A DNA stretch of 64,000 bases from a bacterium. GTDB taxonomy: Bacteria > Armatimonadota > JACIXR01. The first letter of the stretch is position 1, and each line of letters begins with the position of its first letter. The stretch covers positions 67,983-131,982 of the forward strand of contig JACIXR010000004.1 of NCBI GenBank assembly GCA_014360495.1, given 5' to 3'. Below are positions 1 to 9,285 of this stretch, one piece after another. Made by a program: the position numbers and the translations under genes. The notes under the pieces were generated by a model that was given only the letters and a program-made list of their open reading frames with translations, was not told the origin of the DNA and searched no databases.

Positions 1-299
1 TTGGAAGAGTAGTGGTGGAGGCTTGGTCAGCAGGGAAGGCGGTTGTAGGAAGCGATGTTGGAGGAATAAGGGATTTGATAGATGATGGTGAGACCGGTTT
101 GCTTGTTCCGCCGGCAAATCCCTTTTCATTGGCTGAGGCTTTAGAGAAATTAATAAAACAGGAATCTCTGGCGAGAAAATTAGGGGATAAGGGAAAGGAA
201 AAAGCGGAGTTATATAGTGTATCCGCTATGATGGAAAAGACAGTTAAGCTTTATAATTTTTTACTAAAGAGGAAATGCGGAAGGTTGATGTACAAATAA
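1..299 (+). CDS. GT4 family glycosyltransferase, C-terminal part (begins before window)
   Basis: Frame is open from the window edge: GRVVVEAWSAGKAVVGSDVGG...GETGLLVPP is the GT4 donor-binding motif. Confidence 0.85.
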   Translation, partial: GRVVVEAWSAGKAVVGSDVGGIRDLIDDGETGLLVPPANPFSLAEALEKLIKQESLARKLGDKGKEKAELYSVSAMMEKTVKLYNFLLKRKCGRLMYK

Positions 300-333
300 G
301 GTCAGAGTAATTTTCGCAATTCGCCCCAATAGT

Positions 334-513
334 TCAGACATAGAAGAGCGATAGCAAAATAAAGCCGCAGGTAGTTATACGCCGCCGTGCCAAAGGTGCA
401 AGCATAAGGAATCTTATCATCTCGTCTATTGGCTCTTGTGGTGGAATAAACGCCTCTGGGTTAAGAAGCAAGATGTTGTTTCACCCTGCGAGCCTTACTG
501 CTTTATTTTCCAT
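334..513 (-). pseudogene. Degenerate GT2 glycosyltransferase remnant
   Basis: Manual translation from ATG 513 gives MENKAVRLAG*NNILLLNPEAFIPPQEPIDEMIRFL, resembling the GT2 'N.G...A.GEYILLLNPD...AIDEM' segment, with an internal TGA. Confidence 0.45.
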
Positions 514-1261
514 GTATTAGGATGCCAATTCCGCCCCAGCCTTGGTTTCTGTCTTTGATGATTTCTCGCCATCGGTTTGGGTATCTTTTACATAATTCTT
601 TCCAAAAATCGTGAACGCGGCATTCGGGGTTACGAAGCGGGAAGACAACATCGTGAAAAGCAATTATACCACCATACCTGACAAGATTAGAGTACATTTC
701 AAAGTCCTTCCTAACCCCTTCATAGGTATGGTCTCCATCAATAAAAAGGAAATCCAAAAAATTGCCTTTTAATATCTCGCGAACTTTCGCCAATGTTTCC
801 TCTTTATGTGAGTCCGTTCTTAAAAGGATAAGTTTTTGCTTCGGCTTGGCAAAAGCTTTATAAATTGGAATTCTCAACTCAGGATAACCACCTCCAAACT
901 TCCCATAGGGTAAATCTACGCTTATTATAACCGCGTCCTCTCTGGCTAACTTGCAGAAGCAAAACAAACTTCCACCATATGCTGTTCCTATTTCCAATAT
1001 AAACCTTGGATTGAGTTCCTTAAATATCTTTAAAAGCTCCAAGAATTCCTCTTTTATTTGCATTGGTTTTATTGCACCGAGGCAGAATCGGGAGCAAAAA
1101 CTCAATACCTCCTCTGGTTCAAGGGAAGAGAAATTGCTGAGCGCCTTCTTTGATAAATTGGTAGAAAGAAAATAATCTCTTAACTTTTTCAAAAACACAA
1201 TCACACCTTCAGGTAGGGTTCCCTTTATCGCTTCTACACTTTTGTTGAATATTCTAAACAT
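503..1261 (-). CDS. Class I SAM-dependent methyltransferase (Methyltransf_24-like, glycan O-methylation)
   Basis: ILEIGTAYGGS motif I and FLFIDGDHTYEGV...GGIIAFHD motif. Confidence 0.85.
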   Translation of the reverse strand: MFRIFNKSVEAIKGTLPEGVIVFLKKLRDYFLSTNLSKKALSNFSSLEPEEVLSFCSRFCLGAIKPMQIKEEFLELLKIFKELNPRFILEIGTAYGGSLFCFCKLAREDAVIISVDLPYGKFGGGYPELRIPIYKAFAKPKQKLILLRTDSHKEETLAKVREILKGNFLDFLFIDGDHTYEGVRKDFEMYSNLVRYGGIIAFHDVVFPLRNPECRVHDFWKELCKRYPNRWREIIKDRNQGWGGIGILIHGK

Positions 1262-1286
1262 CTTATCTACCTCAATTTCCTTTCAC

Positions 1287-2276
1287 CTAATCATTGCTCC
1301 CTTTATTTTCTAAGGCTGGAGGGAGATATCTGTCAAGGATAAAATATACTCCCAAAATTAAAGCGAAGGGAATGTATAAGAGGTGAGGGGAAAAGATTAT
1401 GGGAAGAAGAGAGGAGAAACAGACGAGAAAGAATAGAAGGAGAGAAGTGAGATTAACGGATTTTACCTTCGCAAGAAGCCTGTGGGGCAGATGGTCTTTG
1501 TCAGTGGAGGTAAGCAGGGGCTTTAATTTCTTAACCCCTCTCCTATATCTTTTGTAATGAACTACTATGAAATCAAGGCAAGGATATATAAAGGGAAAAA
1601 GGGGAAGAAGACCTTGAAGAGGGGAAAGTTGAGAGGAAATTTGAAGTGCTGTCGCTGAGAGAATGGCAGAGAGAAAATATGAACCGCCATCCCCCATAAA
1701 CATTGAGGCAGGATGAAGATTATGGGGAAGCCAGCCTAAAATACAACCAATAAGCACAATAAGAAAAGGTATATCTTTTCCAAAAATAAACGAATATATA
1801 AGGAGGGAAAAAGCTATAGCGAGGGAAGTTGCTCCCGCTGAGCCATCAACAACATCCCAACAATTAAAGGAATTCACTGCACCCATAATGAATAAAACCA
1901 CTAAAAGACTATTGAGATAGCGAATGGGAATAAAGGGGAACCTCCAAGCTGTGTATATGGTCACAAGGGCGAAAAGGAATTGAAGGGGCAATCTGTATAG
2001 CGCCCTTATGTCTAATAAGTCGTCAAGCGTTCCCAAAAGCAAAAAGGCAAGGACGGAAACGAGAAGATAGTAGGGAAGGGTGAAATTGAAAATTGCGAGG
2101 GATAATAGAAAAGAAGAGAAAATCGCCATTCCTCCAAGGTATGGGATGGGTCTTTGGTGAATCTTGCTCCCACGAGAGGGGTCATCAAGAAAGCCGAGCT
2201 TCAAAGCAAGAGCTTTGAATAGAGGGGAAAGAAATAGGGTTAAGAAAAAGGGAAAGAAAAGAGGAACAAGTTTCAT
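1287..2276 (-). CDS. MraY/WecA/TagO family polyprenyl-phosphate sugar-1-phosphate transferase
   Basis: Multi-TM protein with KIHQRPIPYLGG, GTLDD, NSFNCWDVVDG, FMGDGGS and DKDHLPHRL motifs. Confidence 0.9.
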   Translation of the reverse strand: MKLVPLFFPFFLTLFLSPLFKALALKLGFLDDPSRGSKIHQRPIPYLGGMAIFSSFLLSLAIFNFTLPYYLLVSVLAFLLLGTLDDLLDIRALYRLPLQFLFALVTIYTAWRFPFIPIRYLNSLLVVLFIMGAVNSFNCWDVVDGSAGATSLAIAFSLLIYSFIFGKDIPFLIVLIGCILGWLPHNLHPASMFMGDGGSYFLSAILSATALQISSQLSPLQGLLPLFPFIYPCLDFIVVHYKRYRRGVKKLKPLLTSTDKDHLPHRLLAKVKSVNLTSLLLFFLVCFSSLLPIIFSPHLLYIPFALILGVYFILDRYLPPALENKGSND

Positions 2277-3319
2277 TGGGAATCAACCACCTCTCTCAAG
2301 GACCTTGCTATATATTCCACCTCAGAATCACCCAGGGAAGGGTATATGGGAATGGAGAGGGCGGTTTTGTAAATGGCATCTGTTTTGGGATAGTCAGGAA
2401 TAGAAAGGTAGTGGTGAATTGGCTTATAAAGCGGTCGCTTGCACTCTATCCCTCTTTCTAGCATTTTTCTTCTAACTTCCTCAAATTCATTCACACGGAT
2501 GACAAAGCGATAATAGACGGAATAAGCAAAGGGTTTATCCTCGGGTGGAAGTGCGATGTTTAGCCCCTTGAGCGCTCCTCTATAATAGCTTGCTATTTCC
2601 CTTCTCCTTTTTATGAAGGAAGGAAGTTTTCCCAATTGAACAAGTCCGATGCTCGCGGAGATATCGCTCATTTTGTAATTGAAGCGAAGCCTGTATTCTT
2701 CAAATTCGTCGTATTCCCTTAAATCCTTTATTCTCTCCAACAAATTAAGGTCATTTGAAAGGACCGCTCCTCCCTCTCCGGTCGTAATCATCTTTGTTGC
2801 ATAAAAGGAAGCAATCGCGATGTCACCCCAACTGCCAAGCTTCCGCCCTTTATACTCACCGCCTATGCTTTGGGCGATATCCTCTATAATCCAAATGCCT
2901 TTATTGGTAAACTCATCTATGGGAGCAGGATGTCCAAATAAATGTGGTATAATGCAAGCTTTTGTCCTGTTAGTGAGCCTCCTTCTAAAGTCGTCAGGAG
3001 AGAGGTTGAAATCATCACCACAATCAACGAGAACTGGTTGGGCGCCTACATAAAGAATGGCGTTGAGGAGGGCGGAACAGACATAAGAGGGAATTAACAC
3101 TTCGTCCCCTTCCTTTAAACCAAGTGCGAGTAGGGCAAGGTGAAGGGCAGATGTTCCGCTTGATGTCGCTACCGCACCCCTAACACCGATGAAATGCGCC
3201 AATCCATCTTCAAATTTCTCCACCATTTTCCCTTGAGCGATATATCCCGATAATATAGTTCGCCTCACAGCATCAGCTTCATCTTCACCAAGAGTGGGGC
3301 GGGAATGAGGAATCTTTAT
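2273..3319 (-). CDS. DegT/DnrJ/EryC1/StrS PLP-dependent sugar aminotransferase
   Basis: SSGTSALHLAL, IEDIAQS and SFYATKMITTGEGG motifs. The conserved N-terminus IPHSRPTLG lies upstream of the track's GTG (3268), so the start is extended to ATA 3319. Confidence 0.9.
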   Translation of the reverse strand: MKIPHSRPTLGEDEADAVRRTILSGYIAQGKMVEKFEDGLAHFIGVRGAVATSSGTSALHLALLALGLKEGDEVLIPSYVCSALLNAILYVGAQPVLVDCGDDFNLSPDDFRRRLTNRTKACIIPHLFGHPAPIDEFTNKGIWIIEDIAQSIGGEYKGRKLGSWGDIAIASFYATKMITTGEGGAVLSNDLNLLERIKDLREYDEFEEYRLRFNYKMSDISASIGLVQLGKLPSFIKRRREIASYYRGALKGLNIALPPEDKPFAYSVYYRFVIRVNEFEEVRRKMLERGIECKRPLYKPIHHYLSIPDYPKTDAIYKTALSIPIYPSLGDSEVEYIARSLREVVDSQ

Positions 3320-4026
3320 ATCACTCGTTCTAATTTACCCCCTTTCTTCAATATTTCAACGCTCTTCTCTCCGCAATTGAAGAGCAGGTCCACTATCGCT
3401 AAATCGGGTATGAAGCCGATTTGGGGAAAGCGCTGAGGATAAACGGGGCATTCCCAGCGTTGAACCCAAACCTCTATTCCGTTTTCCTTAAAGGATTGAA
3501 GGTCCAGATATTCCTCCAATGCTTTCTCACCGGTGAGATAGGCGTCTGCGCCTACAGCCTTGCAGATATTTAATAGCTTCTCGGAACCTTTACCTTCCGC
3601 GCCCAGAGCGGTGGAACGAACTACGGGTGTTTTTATGTTTAAGATGGATAGAAAAACTTCCAACATCTTCCCGTTGAGCTCGCCGAGAAACGCTGGAGTG
3701 TTTGTTTCGTAAAAGGGCTGGAGGAAGTGAATGTAGTCCTTGTAAAAGGGGGCGGAGTTGTAGTTCGTTTTAAGGGCATAAAGGTGTTTCTCCCTCCAGC
3801 GCGAGGTGTTTTCTATTATGGTTTCTCCGATGCTTTGACCGAATTTATGGATAACTGGAACAGTTAAATAAATCGCGCCTTGGGCGCTTTTTATCTTGTT
3901 CCTATTATGCCATTCTCCCTTAACGAACTGTGCATCATCAAGGAGAATGAAAAGCTCTGCCTCCATAATCTTATGGAAGTATCTCAACCATGGGAGATAA
4001 TGAGGTTGATGAATTGCGACGAGCAT
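3316..4026 (-). CDS. WbqC family protein
   Basis: MLVAIHQPHYLPWLRYFHKI...DDAQF...RNKIK and LAIVDLLFN motifs. Start moved to ATG 4026. Confidence 0.9.
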   Translation of the reverse strand: MLVAIHQPHYLPWLRYFHKIMEAELFILLDDAQFVKGEWHNRNKIKSAQGAIYLTVPVIHKFGQSIGETIIENTSRWREKHLYALKTNYNSAPFYKDYIHFLQPFYETNTPAFLGELNGKMLEVFLSILNIKTPVVRSTALGAEGKGSEKLLNICKAVGADAYLTGEKALEEYLDLQSFKENGIEVWVQRWECPVYPQRFPQIGFIPDLAIVDLLFNCGEKSVEILKKGGKLERVI

Positions 4027-4027
4027 A

Positions 4028-4756
4028 TCAAAGCACCAGCCTGTGGCAGATAAATGCCTCCGCTGCCTTGACCCCAACCTGCGAGCCCCTCATCCTTGCC
4101 AATCTCTCCAAATTTTCAAAACTCGCGAAATGGGGCTCGGGACGCAATTGAGAGGAATGGAGAGAGAGGGCTTTCAACTTTACCTCGAGGAATTCCGATA
4201 TATCTACATACACATTGGGATGAAAAGGGATATAACTCCAACAATGATGCGGGCATTCAGCGGATAAGACCATATTCACGAAGTGTCTCGTTGAGGGGTC
4301 GTGGGGACGGAGAGCGGCGAAGGCTGACTCAAATACTATCCGATGGTCAAGGGTATATGAGGGGAAGGGGATTATCACCATCGTTGGTTTGATTTTGTTT
4401 ATCGCAAGTTTCCCTTTATCCTCCAATAATTCTATCAAATCACGCTGGGGGAAAGTATCCAAGCGGAGGTGATATCTGCTTTCCTTAAGGAGCAGGTCCC
4501 AATCATCAACATTAAGAAATTGAGCACAACGAGATATCTCAGAAAGCCTTGTCTCATTGTCAACCTTTACCCTTTGCCCTTCTTTGTATGCGAAAATCTC
4601 CCCACTATTTACTATAACGAGGAAAACCTTTCCACCAAGGCTCTTAACCTTTGCCATAGTGCCGGCGCAGTGAAACGCCTCATCATCTGGATGAGGCATT
4701 ATCACTAACAACCTTTGCTTTGAGAGGAGTGAATCTCCCAATTTTTCTTGCACCAT
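4028..4756 (-). CDS. PIG-L/LmbE family N-deacetylase
   Basis: PHPDDE motif, DHR, PNVYVDIS...K.KAL..H.SQ and AEAF. Confidence 0.9.
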   Translation of the reverse strand: MVQEKLGDSLLSKQRLLVIMPHPDDEAFHCAGTMAKVKSLGGKVFLVIVNSGEIFAYKEGQRVKVDNETRLSEISRCAQFLNVDDWDLLLKESRYHLRLDTFPQRDLIELLEDKGKLAINKIKPTMVIIPFPSYTLDHRIVFESAFAALRPHDPSTRHFVNMVLSAECPHHCWSYIPFHPNVYVDISEFLEVKLKALSLHSSQLRPEPHFASFENLERLARMRGSQVGVKAAEAFICHRLVL

Positions 4757-5706
4757 TCTATGGTCATCACCAATCCTTCCTCAAGACTTACCTTTGGCTC
4801 GAAGCCGAGAAGTTTTCTCGCCTTATTTATATTGGGCACCCTGCGGGGCACATCCTCATGCTTTGAGCCGAAGTAATCTTCGTATGGGATGTGAATGATG
4901 GGCGAAGGGGAATTCGTGAGCTTCTTGATGAGGTTCGCTAAATCAACTATTCTTATTTCATTTTTAGGGGAACCTATGTTGAAGACCTCGCCAATAGCTT
5001 CGTTTTTTGTTCCAGCGAGAATAGTTCCCTCAACAGCATCGCTCACATAGGTGAAGGAACGGGTCTGGTTTCCTGTGCCGTGTACGGTGATTGGTTCTCC
5101 CGTTAGAGCCTGACGGATGAAGTTTGCGATTACTGTTCCATAGCCGAGGGAATTTATCCTTGGTCCATATATATTGAAATATCTCACGCAGGTCACAGGC
5201 AACCCGCTATGATAATAGGCGAAGGCGAGATGTTCGTCAAGCGCTTTGGCGGTGCTATAGCACCAACGGGGAATCCAGGTGGGACCGAGAAGCCTGCTTG
5301 TTCTTTCGCTCAGGGGAATTCTGCGATTTCGCCCATAGACCTCCGAGGAGGAGGCAAGAACAACCCTCCTCTTGTATTTATGAGCTGAAGCCAATATATT
5401 GAGAGTTCCTTCTACATTGACGAGAATAGTTAGGAGAGTATTGTCAACCACATACTTTACCCCCACTATTGCTGCAAGATGATAAACCGTGTCGCTTTTC
5501 TCAATTAGCGCATCAACGAGTTCCTTGTCCAGGATGTCTCCCTTTATGAAATGGAAATTTTTGTTAGATTTAGCTTTGGATAGATTAGCTTCGTTATCCT
5601 TGATGAAAAGATTATCCAGCGCAAAAACCTCGTGACCCAAAGATAGAAGGGCATCAACCAAATGAGAACCTATAAAACCTGCTCCTCCGGTAACTAATAT
5701 TCTCAT
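4705..5706 (-). CDS. NAD-dependent epimerase/dehydratase (extended SDR, nucleotide-sugar)
   Basis: GGAGFIGSH, SSSEVYG, YSTAK and RYFNIYGPR motifs; GGAGG ribosome-binding site upstream. Confidence 0.92.
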   Translation of the reverse strand: MRILVTGGAGFIGSHLVDALLSLGHEVFALDNLFIKDNEANLSKAKSNKNFHFIKGDILDKELVDALIEKSDTVYHLAAIVGVKYVVDNTLLTILVNVEGTLNILASAHKYKRRVVLASSSEVYGRNRRIPLSERTSRLLGPTWIPRWCYSTAKALDEHLAFAYYHSGLPVTCVRYFNIYGPRINSLGYGTVIANFIRQALTGEPITVHGTGNQTRSFTYVSDAVEGTILAGTKNEAIGEVFNIGSPKNEIRIVDLANLIKKLTNSPSPIIHIPYEDYFGSKHEDVPRRVPNINKARKLLGFEPKVSLEEGLVMTIEWCKKNWEIHSSQSKGC

Positions 5707-5733
5707 ATGACCCTCCTGCGAAATCTTTCCTTA

Positions 5734-5761
5734 ATTTTAAAAATTGCACAAAAAATTGCAA
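5734..5761 (-). promoter_or_regulatory. Sigma70-type promoter for the epimerase-WecA operon
   Basis: TTGCAA-N16-TAAAAT on the minus strand. Confidence 0.55.
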
Positions 5762-5996
5762 GCAAAAATTTTAAAAATTATTATAGTTTTGATCTTTCTC
5801 TCTTAAAGGAGAATGTTTTCAAAGGGGAAAAATAATGACATATTGCTTAACTGTTTCACGAGGGAAAGACTCTAAGGAGGTTATAGCTATGCCTTAGCCC
5901 AAGCGAAGAGGACTTTGTCTATTGCATTCCTTCTATTTGAAGGTTAGATTATATCTAAGAAAAATTCCAGATTCTAAGACAAGTTTAAAAATGTCT

Positions 5997-7373
5997 TTAT
6001 TGTTTCTGTGAACCCTTTATTTTCTTTGCGATTTCCTTTAATTTCTCTATAAGGACGACCAAATCATTTTTTCTTGGCAAAAAGATATCTTTTAATGATA
6101 TTTTCTCCAATTTTTGGAAGAAGATGAGAATGACGAAAAAAGCAAGGGAATAGGCAATTGAGGAGGCTATGCTCGCCCCAATTATCCCCCAGCGAGGGAT
6201 TAGAAGGAAATCTAAAAGGATGGTTAAGATGGAACCAGTGAGACTTCCGTATAAGTTATATTGGGGGTAACCTCTACCGAGGATATGGTGTGCGAGAAAA
6301 CCTGTATACATCCAGGATATTATGCCCGGGAGAAGGTAAGGAATGACAGAGATTGAGGGGCGAAACGCGGAACCGAATAGGAGGGGAATAATTAAAGGGG
6401 CGAAAAAATAGAGGATTAAAGCGGAAGGGAGGTAATAAAAGGGAAGAAGGCGGGTGAGTAAAGAGGTTAAACTCCTTGCCTCTTGAGGGGAAACAGATGA
6501 AACTTGGGGGAATAAAACGATGTGAATTGAAGCGGCGAAAAGCCGTAAAAGCTCTGTGTAGTTCACGCCGGTCATATATAACCCTACATGTCTAGCCCCT
6601 AAATACGCATTCACAACAAAGACATCAAATCGAGTATTGACCATCCACAGAATGTCTCCAAGGGAAATTACCGCGCCATATTTCAGCATGCCTTTTAATA
6701 CTTCCCTATTAAGGTGAGGGGAAAAATGCTCTGGGCGAATCACATCGTTCAGGAAATAGAAAGATAAAGCGGTGCTAATGGGGATTAAAAACCACTCAGA
6801 GGCTAAAGCCCCCCATACTCCCCATTTCAGTAGGATTAGGAAAGAGGCAAGGAGGACAAGGCGAAAAAAGATGGAGAGCGTGTTTATTAGGAAAGAATAA
6901 TTGAATCTTCTTAAAGCCAAAAGGCTATAGCTTAGAGGGGATAAGTAAACTGTTAATAAGCTGATGAGGAGAGAGACCCGTAGTAAAAGAGAGGGAACAC
7001 CCTTGAGGAAAGAGGAGGCGAGGTAGGGAGTTAGAAGAATGAAAGCGAATGTCAGGGGAAAGAAAAAATAGAGGACGAAGGAACAGAATGACCCGATTAT
7101 ATCCTTTATTGGGTATTTCTTATTCGCGATGAAATATTCAAGGGCGATAGGGAGACCCAAGAGGACCATTACCTGGTAGAAGGAAAGGAAGGTCTGGAGG
7201 GTATTGACTATTCCTTTTCCCCTTGGACCCAAATAGCGAGCGACTATAATTGAGCCGACTATTCCCAAGACAAAGGAGAGAATCCTTGAAGCAAAGTGAT
7301 AGATGACATTTACGCTGAAGGAAGGTGCGCTTCTATCTTTTCTTATGAGTTTTTCTATAGTCGTTCTAAACAT
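5997..7373 (-). CDS. Wzx-type oligosaccharide flippase
   Basis: Hydrophobic MOP-superfamily pattern: ARYLGP.GKG, D.FVV..YLG...VGLY, LIPRWGIIGASIASS. Confidence 0.88.
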   Translation of the reverse strand: MFRTTIEKLIRKDRSAPSFSVNVIYHFASRILSFVLGIVGSIIVARYLGPRGKGIVNTLQTFLSFYQVMVLLGLPIALEYFIANKKYPIKDIIGSFCSFVLYFFFPLTFAFILLTPYLASSFLKGVPSLLLRVSLLISLLTVYLSPLSYSLLALRRFNYSFLINTLSIFFRLVLLASFLILLKWGVWGALASEWFLIPISTALSFYFLNDVIRPEHFSPHLNREVLKGMLKYGAVISLGDILWMVNTRFDVFVVNAYLGARHVGLYMTGVNYTELLRLFAASIHIVLFPQVSSVSPQEARSLTSLLTRLLPFYYLPSALILYFFAPLIIPLLFGSAFRPSISVIPYLLPGIISWMYTGFLAHHILGRGYPQYNLYGSLTGSILTILLDFLLIPRWGIIGASIASSIAYSLAFFVILIFFQKLEKISLKDIFLPRKNDLVVLIEKLKEIAKKIKGSQKQ

Positions 7374-7570
7374 TTAGAAAATCATAAAGAAATCAACGAG
7401 AAGGGTCTTCACTTTCCTATCCAAGATACCAGGTCGCGAGCAAGATATCATCTTTCCTTCATCTGCTATTTTCCTATAGTTTTTAGAAAATCTTGGCTTT
7501 GTTAAAAGAATAGAATCTCTATTTATTTTAACTATTTAACCTCCTTCTCGTTGCTTTTCTCTTCTCAAAA

Positions 7571-7605
7571 ATTATGATAAAAGATAAAATCAAGTCAAGT
7601 TTTAT
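7571..7605 (-). promoter_or_regulatory. Promoter upstream of the flippase; copy 1 of a 20-bp repeat
   Basis: TTGACT-N16-CATAAT. Positions 7586-7605 are identical to 9248-9267. Confidence 0.55.
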
Positions 7606-8036
7606 ACTTTTTGCTCATCTATTGATTCACTTTATTACTTTTTTGTTCATAGAGCTCTCAGCACTTGTATGATTCTCCAAGCTAGATTTGCTCTTATTCC
7701 GAATTTCTTAAAGTGTTCCAAGCAAATGAGAACTGCACTTTTTTAAAAGTTTTATAATCTCCACAATTAAATAAGTTCTTTAAAGGTATCATAAAATAGA
7801 CCAATTTTAGGCGCTTCATCAACCAAAGCCATTTTCAATTGAAAATTGAGTTTATCCTAACCCATGTTTTAGCTTTAACAATAAATGAGGGATATTTAAA
7901 GGAATTAAGATAAAAGGTAATATTTGAAACAAAAGTCAAGTCCGCTTTTCTTAAAAAGTCGTTTTTTTATCAGTTGAGGAATTACATTAGCAAATAAAGT
8001 AGAGAAGATTGTGTTTGTAATGGACACAAATAGCGC

Positions 8037-9095
8037 TTAATAGCTTATTTCTTTATATATTTCAACAAGGCGATGCGCTAATTTCACTGCGTCGTGATAC
8101 TTTTCCGCATATTGACGACTTCGCTTGCCAATTTCATGTCGTAACTTTCCATCCTTTAGGAGATTTTCAAGAACATCCACCAGATTATCTTGGTTAGCAT
8201 TAACTATAGGCAAGTCGGGAGGATATTTTTCGCGAATAGAGGGTTTAATATAACAAATTACTGGTTTGCCAAAAGCCATAGCTTCTACACTCCCCATTCC
8301 GTAGAACCCCAAAACGAATTGGTCAAGGAATATATCAGCCCTCTGCATAATTTGGAGAGCTTCTCTATGAGGCATATTTTTAACTAAAATAAACTGAAAA
8401 TCGTGTTTTTCCTTTAATAACTCAACCGCTTTTAGCACGGCGCTGGTGCCCTTTAAAACTGGTTCGCTTGGAGCATGCACAACGATTGGGCGCCGAACAG
8501 TTGGGTCGGGATAGAAAGGCTTAAATTCCGAAAGGAAGAGACGTTGAAACACAAGATAACTCTTCGTCCAGAGGTTTGGGAAGAGATATTGTTGCATTTC
8601 GACTGGCACTATGCAAGCGAAACCCGATTTCGCAAACAAGCTTTGATTACGATACGATTTTTCTAAACTGACACCTCTAAGAGCTTTGTAATAATCCATG
8701 ATGGGTAATGAATAAGGGTTGTCTTTTGCCTCTACCTCGGGAATCCTTATATCTGAGCCTTGCCATTCAACAACACCGGGTTTTTTAAGAAGCTTTAAAT
8801 ATCCCAGGTCCATTCTTCCTAGGCGCGTTGGAAGGGCAGGTTCACCATAATACCAGTGAATAACATCCGCCCATTGGGCAAATTTTAAAAAAAGATATGT
8901 TGCTCGTATCCACACAATAACATAATTTGCTATTTTTTTTCTCGGAGGAAACCTTAAATTCACAAGTCCCTCAGAGGACCACATGGGCGAATTGTTATAT
9001 GCCAGGCTGCGAACATCAACTCCAATTTCCCTCAAACCTTTAACTGTGTGATACATATAGGAGGCAAGATTAACAGGGAGATGAAGAACCCTCAT
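8037..9095 (-). CDS. GT4-type glycosyltransferase
   Basis: HAPS...KGT and DQFVLGFYGMGSVEAMAFGKPVI motifs. Start moved to ATG 9095 (MRVLHLP) behind AAGGAG. Confidence 0.88.
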   Translation of the reverse strand: MRVLHLPVNLASYMYHTVKGLREIGVDVRSLAYNNSPMWSSEGLVNLRFPPRKKIANYVIVWIRATYLFLKFAQWADVIHWYYGEPALPTRLGRMDLGYLKLLKKPGVVEWQGSDIRIPEVEAKDNPYSLPIMDYYKALRGVSLEKSYRNQSLFAKSGFACIVPVEMQQYLFPNLWTKSYLVFQRLFLSEFKPFYPDPTVRRPIVVHAPSEPVLKGTSAVLKAVELLKEKHDFQFILVKNMPHREALQIMQRADIFLDQFVLGFYGMGSVEAMAFGKPVICYIKPSIREKYPPDLPIVNANQDNLVDVLENLLKDGKLRHEIGKRSRQYAEKYHDAVKLAHRLVEIYKEISY

Positions 9096-9097
9096 TT

Positions 9098-9208
9098 TTA
9101 TCGCTCCTTGATTTTGCGAGCGGGAACACCTGCCCATATTTTATAGGGCGGAACACTATCACGGATTTCTATATTCTCAAGATGGAAGGTGAGCACTTCT
9201 TTTTTCAT
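9098..9208 (-). pseudogene. 36-aa internally deleted hexapeptide-repeat (LbH) acyltransferase remnant
   Basis: AAGGAGG followed by MKKEVLTFHLENIEIRDSVPPYKIWAGVPARKIKER*. The last 20 aa match the LbH acyltransferase tail (DVPPY.I.AGVPAR.IK.R). Confidence 0.7.
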
Positions 9209-9231
9209 TTAGTATCCCTCCTTTATTTGAA

Positions 9232-9267
9232 AATGTACCAGGATATAAAAATCAAGTCAAGTTTTAT
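9232..9267 (-). promoter_or_regulatory. Promoter for the acyltransferase remnant and GT; copy 2 of the 20-bp repeat
   Basis: TTGACT-N17-TACATT with an extended TG. Confidence 0.55.
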
Positions 9268-9285
9268 TTGTGCTTTTCATCCTTG

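Noticed and set aside
5874-6010. AAGGAGG plus ATG CCT TAG followed by a short open frame
   Set aside because: Possibly a decayed gene, but no recognisable homology, so it cannot be supported.
7620-8030. AT-rich intergenic stretch with short minus-strand ORF fragments
   Set aside because: No identifiable motif, repeat or RNA structure.
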